DNA from: Octopus vulgaris
Lineage: Eukaryota
NCBI GenBank assembly: GCA_951406725.2
Contig: OX597819.1
Span: forward strand, 87,916,001-87,980,000
Length of the DNA stretch: 64,000 nt
Reading direction: 5' to 3'
Shown: positions 14,030-26,444 of the stretch, piece by piece
Layout: every line of letters begins with the position of its first letter
How positions within the stretch are numbered: the first letter of the stretch is position 1
Notes under the pieces: model-generated
The model's input: the letters and a program-made list of their open reading frames with translations, nothing else
Databases searched by the model: none
Told to the model about the DNA's origin: nothing
Position numbers and translations under genes: made by a program

Positions 14030-14279
14030 TCACTTGGTACAGGAGTTCTTGCAGATTGTATATTCGCTGTTGATTCATGGTGAAGTAGTTCCCGAACAGT
14101 GTTGTAACCTGGGCGAGTATGTAGAGAGATGTTGACGTTAGGATGAATGGTGCCGACAGAGATGGAGGTCGCTGAATGCTCTTGGATGAAGTTGACGAGT
14201 GTCCATGTAGTTGCTGTTGTGTTGTCGCTGGAACTGGCGGTGTCTTGTGTGGTCAGTGGCTAGACCTTAAAAGGTCTTT
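14030..14279. repeat. Dispersed repeat, homologous to 19520-19768
   Basis: About 250 bp is clearly shared (GTATATTCGCTGTTGAT...ACAGAGATGGAGGTCGCTGAATGC...AGACCTTAAAAGGTCT). Probably part of an unclassified transposon. Confidence 0.75.
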
Positions 14280-14289
14280 GGTTTCAGAC

Positions 14290-15624
14290 CTGCCATTGCG
14301 CAGGATCAGCCAGCTCTGGAAACATTGGATCTAACTTCCACCAAGCTGTCCTGTTGCAAGTTTGCCTATCTTCCACTTCCGTCTGCAGAGGGCACAATCC
14401 TTTGTGACACAGCTACTGGTTCTCCTAGTCCATTTGTACCTGCGAACCACCAGCATTCTGTTTTCTATGCTTTGCATTCACTATCACATCCTGGCATCGC
14501 TACCTCGATGAAGCTTATTACGGCTCGGGTTCTTCTGGCCTAATATGCACCGTATGATCACCGCTTGGGCACGCTCTTGTGTGAAATGTCAGCGTTCTAA
14601 TGTCCACAGGTACATCCGTGCTCCTCTTGGACAGTTTTTCCCTCCGGAGACTCGCTTTCGCCATGTCCTCATTGATCTGGTTGGACCATAGCCTGTCAGT
14701 CGCGGTTTCTCTTACATACTGACATGTGTCGATTGTTTCTCTTGTTGGCCTGAAGCCATTCCAATAGTGGACATTTCCGCTGAGTGAGTTGCTCGAGCTT
14801 TCGTTTCTCACTGGATTGCTCGCTTTGGTATCCCAGCTAAAATAACCACTGATCGTGTACGCCAGTTCGAAGCTTCTTTATTTCGTGAATTGTTACGAAT
14901 CCGAGGCATTCATCACATTTGTACGACCAGCTACCATCCAGCTTCCAACGGGATGGCCGAACGTTTTCACGGGCAACTGAAGGCCGCTCTACGTACCACT
15001 CCTGACCCACAGTCTTGGACAGAATTCCTGCCAATTGTTCTTTTTGGTTGTCGCACTGCTGTTAAAGCAGACTAAGGTTTTTTCTCTGCTGAACTCCTGT
15101 ACGGTACTGTCCTGGCACTCACTGGTACAATGCTGGTGCCAGACAGTTCATCGCATCCTGATCCAAAGTCATATGTCACCAGACTTCGCTCGTATTTCTC
15201 AAGTCTTCAACTCATGCATCCGCGTGACCAGTCTATTCCCTCTCACGTCCCACCGGACATTGACAAATGGACTCATGTTTTTGTTCGGGATGATTCTGTC
15301 AAAGGACCTCTCGTTTCTCCTTATAAAGGACCATTTAGTGTGCTATCACGCACACCCAAAAGTCTCGACATCAATGGTCGGGCAGAGACTGTGTCGGTCG
15401 ACAAACTTAAAAGGGCACATTGTGAGGTGTCCTCATCCTTTGATGATACCCCAACCACGCCCACCTTTGATCTTTTACAACCACCTACACATGTACCTTT
15501 GACCACACCATCAACTACACCTCCACCTTCGTTGCCACAACCTAACACGAGCAAACCCTATGTCACTAGGACATTCCGCACTGTGCATTGGCCCCCAAAA
15601 CGCACCAGAACTATTTACATCTAA
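14290..15624 (+). mobile_element. Gypsy LTR-retrotransposon integrase fragment (pseudogenised)
   Basis: HHCC region HSLSHPG...WPNM...WARSCVKCQ; core IDLVGP, WPEAIP and TTSYHPASNGMAERFHGQLK; C-terminal PYKGPF..VSVDKLK. Contains stops and frameshifts. Confidence 0.9.
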
Positions 15625-16329
15625 CCATTTTTTTTCCTGAGACAGACAATTGTTTTCTCACAATTCCAATGCCTTGCCATTGAACTTTGTCAAAAATTTC
15701 GTGCATGTCTCTTTTATATCACTTGTAATTATTTTTTTCTCAACTAATCACATTTTGTGCCACATCTTGTTTGCGATCGATGGCCATCTTTGTTTTCTTG
15801 TGCCTGCTCCAGTCATTCTAATTTCACACTAGCGTTCTCAGTGGGGAACCTTTGTAGCGTGGCACAAGTAGCCAGCACCATTTTGTACGAGATCTCGCTG
15901 GCAGCCATTATCTTGTCCGAGACAAGAGTGAGATCTCGCGTACAACCGTTTGCCATGCGCGACACCGCAACGAGACTCTGCTCGACAACGGCTACTTAAG
16001 CAGGTGCGAAAGACATTCAACCTCTTAGTCTTCTCCAGCTCCCATACGCTGAGGGACACTACGAAGCAGGCAGCTACAGCGGACTCTAACCCGCTCTAAC
16101 CACATCTGTTATTCTCCAGAGGTAATGTACCTCACATGAATGGAAATATCACAAGTCATGCGCTGCCATGAAGTTGGACACCGGGAACGGGACACAAGAT
16201 CGGGAATCCCAATAAACGATTATTGAATTGCATCCGCTCGTGAGTTTCTTCTTTCGCATTCCAGATCCTTAAGACAGAAAATAATTATAATGGGAGAAGA
16301 TGATACTCTACCCGTATCATGAACCTCCC

Positions 16330-16912
16330 CTTCCATTATACATAAATGATGAGGGAAGATGGATGGAACAAACGATAGCCCCATTCGGATTGATGAAGCA
16401 AGATTTGCTGGTCGACGGAAATACAATCGAGAAAGAATTCTGAATGCCGACAATGCTCCTTTCTTCGAAGACAGTAATGCAGAACAACGAAACAACAGAA
16501 ACCCTGGTAGTAAAATTGGTGGGTCGTGGGTTTTTGTTTTCAAACAAGGCTCAGACTGTCGATACGGCGTGACGGGAACAGTTTGATCCCAATTATTGAG
16601 AGAGAATGTGGAAAAGGTTCAGTAGTTCATTCAGATGAGTGGCCCGCTTATAATAATTTAAATGCCAAAGGTTATCACCCTCTGACAGTGAACCATCAAC
16701 GACATTATGTGGATCCAGTGACCGGAGCACACGCTCAGGCCATTGAGCGATCATGGTTAGATGCTAAAACTATGATTCTGAGAAAAATGAGAGGCGTTGG
16801 TACTGAACTTTTCCAGTCACATCTTGATCATTTCTACTGGAAGACGACGAGGAAAAATTCAGATGATTTATTTCTATTGTTCCTTAATGACATAATAAGT
16901 GTTTACCGTTAA
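16330..16912 (+). mobile_element. Merlin / IS1595 (ISXO2-like) DDE transposase fragment
   Basis: IDEARFAGRRKYNR..GGSWVF, then a frameshift, then VHSDEWPAYNNL..GYHPLTVNHQRHYVDPVTGAHAQAIERSW. Confidence 0.85.
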
Positions 16913-17699
16913 AATAGATTGTCTTGATTTATTTGTGTAATTTCTTTATCATATAAAATAATATAAGATTCAATATTTCTTATTTGTGTAATTCCTTTAC
17001 AATGTACGAAGTGTTTTATCTCTGAAATATCTGAAGATATTTAATCTCTGAAATATCTGAAAGATAAGGTAGATAGCCCTGACTATACTCTTTGACACCG
17101 TGGTAGACTGCATACTATCCTAGCACCGGCAGGTCCAAGGGCTCAGTGTTAATCTATATAGTATGCCATGGTTGTGTACACAAAACTCCATGCATCACTT
17201 TCGCTGAGGGTCTATAATATTGCTAAGACTGTCTTCAGTATAGTATTCGTACTATTGATCTCGATTGTGTGGCAAAATCGAAGTCAACTTAGACGCAATT
17301 TTGAGTTACAGACAACCTCACGAGCCAACGATGGGACCTATACACCGTCACTCCATTTACTAAAAATAGCAGCAAAAATTCACTCTAACAACAGCTTACC
17401 ATCTTAAAGAAAAAATGAGGAGCGCAGGACAATATAGTTTCAGATATGCAAAAAGGCAAGAGGGATACAGCAGAAACGCCCCTAAACATACAGCTCAGTT
17501 TTGGCTAAATAGAAACAACGGCAACTTTATTGATAGACATGAACCAATTAGGGAGTTTTCAAGAAAAAAGTGAGGGTACATTAGATAATATATTCCAAGA
17601 TATGAAAGCCCTATGGGAAGAGCAGGGTGATCGTGGGTGGAACGTCTTTGATTTTAGATCTACAAAGAACTGAACTGATGCTAAACTATAATTCTACTG

Positions 17700-17742
<43 letters not shown>

Positions 17743-18021
17743 ATATAATTAATTAATAAGGGTGAGAGAATTAGATACTAATTTAATAGTATATTTATTC
17801 AACACCAAGTGGCCTAGTGCTCCGAGAAACCTGGATTATTATAATATTTTATAACATATTATAATATTTTTACAAAATAAATATAAGAGAGTGGTCACTA
17901 TATTGCTCACTCTAGCACCAGTTAATCCAAAAGGTTTCAACCACGAAAATACATGTTTCCCATGAAAGTCAGTACGATTGTTAGCTCACACGGACAGGGC
18001 AAATAAAAAATAACAAAAATA

Positions 18022-18118
18022 CAGATTATTTTGGGACAATTGTTTCGCTATTAATGAATTAAATGTAATTTTACTTACAAAAAAAATCCATTTGTAGCTC
18101 GTCAGCCAAAACTATCTG
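18022..18118 (-). ncRNA. Type I hammerhead ribozyme, copy 1
   Basis: Minus strand reads CAGAUAGUUUUGG-CUGACGA-GCUA...UAGC-GAAA-CAAUU-GUC^CCAAAAUAAUCUG. The catalytic core is complete, stems I and II pair, and stem III is the palindrome ACAAUUGU. Predicted cleavage between 18035 and 18034. Confidence 0.9.
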
Positions 18119-18557
18119 GATGAAATCCACTCAATCACACGCCAGATTTTACCATAACGATAAATACGCGTGTGGTTCAATTGATTACATCCGACGTTAT
18201 AATTCAAATGCCCCAACCAACAGCGCGCCAAACTTTCACGGAAAACAAATACAGCATTTAGAAATAAATGCAGCATAATTATAATTAATTAATAAGGGTG
18301 AGAGAATTAGATACTAATTTAATAGTATATTTATTCAACACCAAGTGGCCTAGTGCTCCGAGAAACCTGGATTATTATAATATTTTATAACATATTATAA
18401 TATTTTTACAAAATAAATATAAGAGAGTGGTCACTATATTGCTCACTCTAGCACCAGTTAATCCAAAAGGTTTCAACCACGAAAATACATGTTTCCCATG
18501 AAAGTCAGTACGATTGTTAGCTCACACGGACAGGGCAAATAAAAAATAACAAAAATA

Positions 18558-18654
18558 CAGATTATTTTGGGACAATTGTTTCGCTATTAATGAATTAAAT
18601 GTAATTTTACTTACAAAAAAAATCCATTTGTAGCTCGTCAGCCAAAACTATCTG
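18558..18654 (-). ncRNA. Type I hammerhead ribozyme, copy 2
   Basis: Same sequence as copy 1, offset by 536 bp. Predicted cleavage at 18571/18570. Confidence 0.9.
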
Positions 18655-19093
18655 GATGAAATCCACTCAATCACACGCCAGATTTTACCATAACGATAAA
18701 TACGCGTGTGGTTCAATTGATTACATCCGACGTTATAATTCAAATGCCCCAACCAACAGCGCGCCAAACTTTCACGGAAAACAAATACAGCATTTAGAAA
18801 TAAATGCAGCATAATTATAATTAATTAATAAGGGTGAGAGAATTAGATACTAATTTAATAGTATATTTATTCAACACCAAGTGGCCTAGTGCTCCGAGAA
18901 ACCTGGATTATTATAATATTTTATAACATATTATAATATTTTTACAAAATAAATATAAGAGAGTGGTCACTATATTGCTCACTCTAGCACCAGTTAATCC
19001 AAAAGGTTTCAACCACGAAAATACATGTTTCCCATGAAAGTCAGTACGATTGTTAGCTCACACGGACAGGGCAAATAAAAAATAACAAAAATA

Positions 19094-19190
19094 CAGATTA
19101 TTTTGGGACAATTGTTTCGCTATTAATGAATTAAATGTAATTTTACTTACAAAAAAAACCCATTTGTAGCTCGTCAGCCAAAACTATCTG
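19094..19190 (-). ncRNA. Type I hammerhead ribozyme, copy 3
   Basis: As copy 1, offset by 1072 bp. One change at 19159 turns an A-U pair into G-U in the extended stem II. Predicted cleavage at 19107/19106. Confidence 0.9.
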
Positions 19191-19451
19191 GATGAAATCC
19201 ACTCAATCACACGCCAGATTTTACCATAACGATAAATACGCGTGTGGTTCAATTGATTACATCCGACGTTATAATTCAAATGCCCCAACCAATAGCGCGC
19301 CAAACTTTCACGGAAAACAAATACAGCATTTAGAAATAAATGCAGCATAATTATAATTAATTAATAAGGGTGAGAGAATTAGATACTAATTTAATAGTAT
19401 ATTTATTCAACACCAAGTGGCCTAGTGCTCCGAGAAACCTGGATTATTATA

Positions 19452-19494
<43 letters not shown>

Positions 19495-19519
19495 GTTTAT
19501 TGTTTGGTATGATATCTGG

Positions 19520-19768
19520 TACTAGCAAGTTCTTGCAGGTTGTATATTCGCTGTTGATCCATGGTGAAGTAATTCACGAACAGCGCAGTGCTATAACGTG
19601 GGCGAGTACGTAGAGAGATGTTGACGTTAGGACAAATGGTGGCGACAGAGATGGAGGTCGCTGAATGCTGTTGGACGAAGTTGACGAGTCTCCATGTGGC
19701 TGCTGTTGTGTTGTCGCTTGGACTGGCGGTGTCTTGTGTGGTCAGTGGTTAGACCTTAAAAGGTCTGA
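19520..19768. repeat. Dispersed repeat, homologous to 14030-14279
   Basis: Same blocks in the same orientation as 14030-14279. Confidence 0.75.
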
Positions 19769-20732
19769 AACCAAATACATCGAGACGAGGAAAAGTTATG
19801 TTTTTTTTTATAAGGAGTTATAGGCTCAGTTGAGGTAGAAAAGCACGCTGTCACACGTGACCTTATTTGAAGGCTGCGATTGGTTGGGTTGCATATTGGC
19901 GCGCGATAGAGCCAAAGACAAATTGCGCCAATACGAACCAGTCAGAGTAGTGGACACAACAGGGTCCAAGATGTGTCCAAAGGCTAGCTGTTATCTACTA
20001 CGTTCGTATGTATGTATAATGGAGAGGAGAGGAATTTCACTCAAGTGTACGTTCAGTATCAACAGGCCAAAATATAAGTAACGTAGTGGGTGGAGATTCT
20101 GCTTTGTACATAGATATTTGGGAAGTATGGTGCTATGATGGTTCACTTCACAATATTGTAGTGAAAGTCTGTGTTCCAACCTTCGGCTGTAAGTTTGGGT
20201 CGAACCAAGCGTTGCGAATATGCAACTGTATACATCTATAATTCAACGAGTCAGTTGTTTTGTCGCTTGAACAAGTGGAATATTCACTGGAGTTAACGAT
20301 GGCGGTTGCATTTATTTACTTTTTGCTTAAAAGTATGACTGGAAAAAATATCCAGATTTATCTGCTCCATGGAAAATTAAGTCAAACGGGTGCTTCAATC
20401 AGTAGAGAAACTGATATATCTCCAGCTATTTTGAGATAAGCGGTGACGATTATATTAATAAAATCCAGTAATGTAAAAAATATGTCGTTGAATTAACACC
20501 ATTCAATAAAAAGAAAAAATCAGATTCACCTCCTCCACCGAAATCTATTTTTAATTAATTTTTAATTAATTTACATCTCAGGCACTAGCGTACCTAGAGT
20601 GTGTGCTGCCCGCGGCGGCCCTTCCGTTTTCCGCCCCCGGACCCCACAAAAAACACATTGTCTATGTCAGACCCAAAAGTGGTGCCCCTTTAAAAGTACC
20701 CCCCCCATACCTATCTACACTAGTGATCCTCA

Positions 20733-21519
20733 GAGGATCTTTTCTGTTTGGTTGCCAGCGTCAATTTTTCGTTCAAATTGATTTCATATTCAGTGTAATA
20801 ATATACTTTTATCGGCTAATTAATGACATGAAAGTAATTTTCTCTATAAATCAGTAAGTTAAGAGTTACCAGTAATTAAAGTTTGAAAATTTTGGTAATT
20901 TTAGCCATCTTAAGCCACAGACACATTCATGGCTGTTTCAATAGTAAGAAGCGGAACATAAGAACTCTTTTGCTTGTTGCCGTAGTAACAGTCTTTGAAA
21001 CGTCATTTATCTGCAATGAAGTATGTGTTGGCAGCAGTCTTTGAAAAATCTTTTATCTTCGAGGAAGTACGTGTTGACAAATTTGACGCTGTGTTCTGTG
21101 TGATTATAGCAGCAAACTCCTGTAACTTCGTTTTTATTATGGTTTCTTTCTTTCATTGAGCATTGAGGTGGTTGTGAAGTGTGCTAAAAATAACTGCTAA
21201 ATAAGATTTCTTGGATAAATCTTTTAAATTAACACAAACATTTATTTACATGAAAGAAAATTACATGCTATTTTCAGATTGTTGACGACAAAATGTGCTG
21301 TCACGCACAAATTGACAGCTTCCAAACCCTATTTCTTGACTGGATGAAAAATGATCAAACTTTAAACCTCTGTAACTATTTTAAAATATTTTCCAGAAAA
21401 AAAAATGAAATTACTCCAGCAATTTAGTTTGGACAAGTGTATTATTGTGTCGAATTTAAAAATTTTCGGTAAGCTTTAATTTTTGGAGCCGCTAGCAACC
21501 AAACTGAAAAAATCCATCC
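20733..21519. mobile_element. Non-autonomous TIR DNA transposon (MITE)
   Basis: About 26-bp imperfect inverted termini: GGATCTTTTCTGTTTGGTTGCCAGCG (20735) and CGCTAGCAACCAAACTGAAAAAATCC (ending 21515). A similar end sequence occurs at ~22058. Confidence 0.65.
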
Positions 21520-23575
21520 CAGGTCTGTTTCCGCTGCTTTTTTTTTTTTTGTATGATTTTAATAAAATTTTTGCGGTTCACTAAATCAAGTATGTTAGAG
21601 CCCACTGATACTCAGTTCCTTGTGAACAGAGTAGGAATTAAATAAACCGGAATCTCGGTTGAGCCATTTCAGTGCACCATTCTACACGTTTTCCAAAGAT
21701 AGTCTATACCATTATCTACACACCGTCAGACGGACATTGTTTTCAGGCACTGATAACAGAAGTTTTGATCATCGCCCAACTATCTATTTAGAGTACAAGG
21801 ATTTTAATTTCTGAACATGTTAAGCATAAAAAAGCAGATTTTTAGAAGAGTATCATTTATCTTTTACTTGTTTTTTAATAATTAGACTGTGGCCGTGCTG
21901 GGGCTCCACCTTGTATAATTTTTAATCGAATGCATTGGTCTGACGTGATTTGAGGGAAAGTTGTCTCCTATTTCCACCAGGTCAAGCAATCACCAACAGG
22001 CTTCTTTCTGTGGCTCATAGGAAGAATACATTGAATAATGGTATCATATATCTAGAAAGGGATCTGTTCAGTTTCGCTCACAGATTTTTTTATTGAAACT
22101 TCGTATGCTGGTGTAATTTCTCATGCTGAACACGGTTTACTTTCAACATTTTTGACAAAATTTCGTATTTTAGAAGTTATTTCGTGTTAAAGTTGTCGTA
22201 TTTGGGTAATTTTTACCAATCAACGACTTGTATTCACTTGAAGAAAGCTACTACTGTTTGCGATAGTAATCGAAGAGCAACAACTTCTAGGTCATCTCAA
22301 CTAAATGTTACCACTCTGTTCAATTTTATTTTTGTTTACTACCTGTATTACATATTACGAGCTTGTAAAAACCAGCGGTTCATATAATGTTACTACTCAG
22401 TTCAATTTTTCATGAACTTGTTCATCTATCGTCAGGGGAAAATACAAATTGGGCATAGTAAAATCGATAAATGTTTCGTTAGTGCTGGGTCGCTACGTTG
22501 ACTTACGCTATATGTGCTCATCCGTCCGTCGAATAACACATAGCCAACATAGTTTTAAGAGAATTAAACCTTTTTTTTTTAACAATGAAAACTCATTGGA
22601 TTAATGATTATTTCCATACTTAGGTAAAGGTTCCCGATACTTGAAGCTGATATCCAACAACCATTTTCCGAGTGACATTCCTCGAAGTTCTTTATACACT
22701 CTTCCTTGCTCTTATCGAGACCTCAAATTGATTGAATTATTTCCTATACACACAGTAACGAATTTCATTGGATTTTGGATTTTATTAAATCTTCCATAAA
22801 TTTTTTTAATTCGGTGAATCATTTATAATTCATTTTGTACGAAACAAGACGCTATGTAACTTTTAAACAGAATCTAGTGACACACGACTTCTAAACTGGA
22901 GAAAATAAAAGCTGTCGTTAATATCGATAGAATAAGTACTCTTAATATACTCTGCTAGAAACAACAATCCTAATCTCCTTGAAATTATATCTACCATCTT
23001 TAAAAAGAGGGAACTGCATTTTGTTGTCCAAGGTACACTAGCTGTTTGTAACGAAAGAATACCAAAGAGTTTTTTTTCTTCTATGGAAAACTGATAGGCG
23101 TAACGAAAACGTTAACAGTGTTTAATTGAATTGCTATAATCGGAATGCTGTCATTTTATAGTGTTGTGGAATTCGGATGACTGTATTGACGTGTGAATAT
23201 AGACTCGCTCATATTTCTTATCACTATAAGTTTTTTTATTGCTTATTTCTAATTTAGAAAAAAACATTAAATTAATTTTCGTATTTATTTTTTAAAATTA
23301 AGTATTAAGTAAAAATAATGCGTAATACAAACTATATATCGAGAAATACGAAACGAAGGTTTTCAGATCAATGTTGAAAAAGAAAATGGGAAAGCGATCG
23401 TCTGGTAAGATGTGAAAATAGGAGAAATATGTTCTTGGCCAAAAAAAGAAAAAAACAACTCAAAATGAAGGTATGCAGGGATAAACTTTGATGTATTGTG
23501 TATTAAATGTTTAAAACTGATGTTTCTTGTTGCCACTGGAAATGATTCAGCCAAATAAAACAACTAAACAAACAT

Positions 23576-23965
23576 TCTCTTTTACTTGTTTCAGTCATTT
23601 GACTGTGGCCATGCTGGAGCACAGCCTTTAGTCGAGCAAATCATCGACCCCAGGACTTATTCTTTGTAAGCCTAGTACTTATTCTATCGGTCTCTTTTGC
23701 CGAACCGCTAAGTTACGGGGACGTAAACACACCAGCATCGGTTGTCAAGCGATGTTGGGGGGACAAACACAGACACACAAACGAATACACACAAACATAC
23801 ATATATACGAAGGCTTCTTTCAGTTTCCGTCTACCAAATCCACTCACAAGGCTTTGGTCAGCCCGAAGCTATAGTAGAAGACACTTGCTCAAGGTGCCAT
23901 GCAGTGGGACTGAACCTGGAACCATGTGGTTCATAAGCAAGCTACTTACCACACAGCCACTCCTA
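23576..23965 (-). mobile_element. SINE family A
   Basis: Near full-length match to the other copies. Confidence 0.88.
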
Positions 23966-24493
23966 CTTTTTCCTTTATAATTTTTATGTTGTTAGTATTG
24001 ATATCAAGAGAACTGTGTTGGAAATGTTGCTGTGTGTCTGTGTGTGTTTGAAACTTAAACTTGAAACAAAGTGACAAGCTGGATGCCCAAACGTGCATGT
24101 TCAATGTTCTGAGTGAGATTAACTTTGATCTCGCAGCTTCTCTTCTGTTATATTTTCCATTTTCATCTAGGGATGCATTGCAGGAATTTAAATCAATCGT
24201 AATAATTGAAAGGTACTTTATTTATTTGACTTTGAAAGGATGAATAGTATAGTCGATCTTGGTGGAATTTGAACTCATTATGCATAGGATTGTAGACTGA
24301 AATTAAATACTGCTAGCCAGTTAAGAAATTGTAAGTAGAGAGGTTAATGCAATCAACCATATGCTTTCCCTACAAAAATTGATGGCCTTATGCAAGAAAT
24401 TATTATGTATGATGATTAACATATGCAATTATTAGACTATAAACTTATTAACATTGAGTCTTTGTCACATCTTTGATAATAACATTGATAGGT

Positions 24494-24900
24494 ATAGGCA
24501 CAGGAGTGGCTGTGTGCTAAGTAGCTTGCTTACCAACCACATGGTTCTGGGTTTAGTCCTACTGCGTGGCACCTTAGGCAAGTGTCTTCTACTATAGCCT
24601 CGGGCCGACCAAAGTCTTGTGAGTGGATTTGGTAGACGGAAACAAAAGAAGCTGGTCATATATAATATATATATATATATGTATGTATATGTTTGTGTGT
24701 CTGTGTTGTCCCCCCAACATCGCTTGACAACCGATGCTGGTGTGTTTACGTCCCCATCACTTAACGGTTCAGCAGGAGAGACTGAGAGAATAAGGACTAG
24801 GCTTACAAAGAATAAGTCCTGGGGTCGATTTGCTCAACTAAAGGTGATGATCCACCATGGTCGCAGTCAAATGACTGAAACAAATAAAAGAATAAAAGAA
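24494..24900 (+). mobile_element. SINE family A
   Basis: Near full-length match, inverted relative to 23576-23965. Confidence 0.88.
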
Positions 24901-26444
24901 AGGTTCTCTCTAAATCTTCCTTAAACATTTTGTTACCATATTTTGTTGAAATATACTACTTTTGTTTCAATTAATTTTGAAAGTTATGAAGAATTTAGTA
25001 AAATGGCAGTCATAATTGTGCTGGAACATTGTTTGGAACATGAATTAACTTGAAAATTTGAAACTTTTAATTTAGATCACTTTAAAACAGAGAGTTGGTA
25101 CCAGAGAATGAGAGGTGGTCCCGAGTTAGTATCAAGAGTTAAACTATGATTAAATTTTGTATGAGTTGCATAGTTTTCCACTAGACTATAAGGAAGGCAT
25201 TGAGAGTTGGATCATTTGTTGTAATACCATTTGTATTTAAGATACCCCATACAAATAAGCTAGTTTTCAGTGTGCAACTTGTGCCCACAACTCATTTCAA
25301 CTCCCTTATTACTTGGCTTCTGTGGATAGCTTCACATTCCATCATCAACAAAGGACTTAGTCTTTGGAAAGAGAAGGGTTTTAGTTACATGTCTTAACCA
25401 CTTGATCAGTGTTTCTAATAACGTGTTAATAGGTGTTTCCACACAAATCAATACCTTTAATCAACTCAACCTCTGGTCTTAATATTATTTTAAAATGTAT
25501 GACAAAAGCCAATTCAGTTTCTGCTGACAGGTTCTAGTAAAAATTCACAGTTGAAGCTAAGTAGAAGCTAAAATCATCAATCTAACACATTTTCTCACTA
25601 TATTTGTAGATTTCATCAAAATCATTGCCTGCTTCAGTGTTCTAGTTCTTACCATTCCAGATTCATTGTCTATTACACAGTGTGGTTCGATGTTGTTTTC
25701 TGTACATGTATTCTGAATATTCCAACTTATTGGAAGTGCAAAGTAGATATTGCTTGATGTGAAAGACTGGTAACCTTTAGTATATTAGCATGTTCTTCTT
25801 TCACCATTCTGAAAGAATTTTCATTTTTTTTTCCCTGGTTTGTATGAATAGGCAAAATTGAAGAATACCTAATTCTTGTGAGAAAAGTTATCAAAACTTT
25901 AAGGAAGGTGTGAAAAGCTTCTGTTGATTTCATTCTCATGAGTAGGTCAAGCTTGCTTGGAGTTTTTCATGACCCTAATACCCACTCACTTTCTTTCAAG
26001 GTATTTGATAATTCCTCTCATGATACTGAGTATCATCAAGCTTAAATTGATTGGTGTCTTTGTAGGACAACCATTTCAAAGTATTCTCAGTAGGATGTCA
26101 CTAACCAACACCTTTTTAGTTCTCTAATACTCAGCAAAGCAAATTCTTCTTTCTCTAATAGTGTCTGATACTTTAAGGAGCTTGTTGTATCTTCCTTGGA
26201 AGGATGTTTTTCCAGGAAAGAACACCTGTAGATATACACTATTTGTTCTTCCCTATCCATGAATATTTCCCATTGATCAGGAATATTTATAACACTATTC
26301 CACAGCCATGTTATTATAAATATTCCTCTTCAATAGGAAATAAAGTTATAGCTCATGTTTGGTCATGTTACATTCATACAGAACCAATGAATGAAAATTA
26401 TCCTCTAAATGCATCTGAAACTTATAAACTCTTGTTTATTTCTT

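Larger units (their letters stand above)
17745..19460 (-). mobile_element. Tandem array of ~3.2 x 536-bp units, each full unit with a hammerhead ribozyme (retrozyme or Penelope pLTR-like)
   Basis: The motif GGGTGAGAGAATTAG recurs at an exact 536-bp period (its first T at 17763, 18299, 18835, 19371). Copies are nearly identical; I see two substitutions in copy 3, at 19159 and 19293. No ORF of 60 aa or more. Flanked by (CT)n/(AT)n on the left and (AT)n on the right. Confidence 0.88.

Noticed and set aside
17745-19460. Reading the array as CRISPR or as plain satellite DNA
   Set aside because: There are no unique spacers and the context is eukaryotic. The intact ribozyme core explains the unit better than a simple satellite.
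23367-23404. Possible 38-nt plus-strand micro-exon (ttttcAG...TG|GTAAGA)
   Set aside because: Poor polypyrimidine tract, no partner exons and no recognisable peptide.
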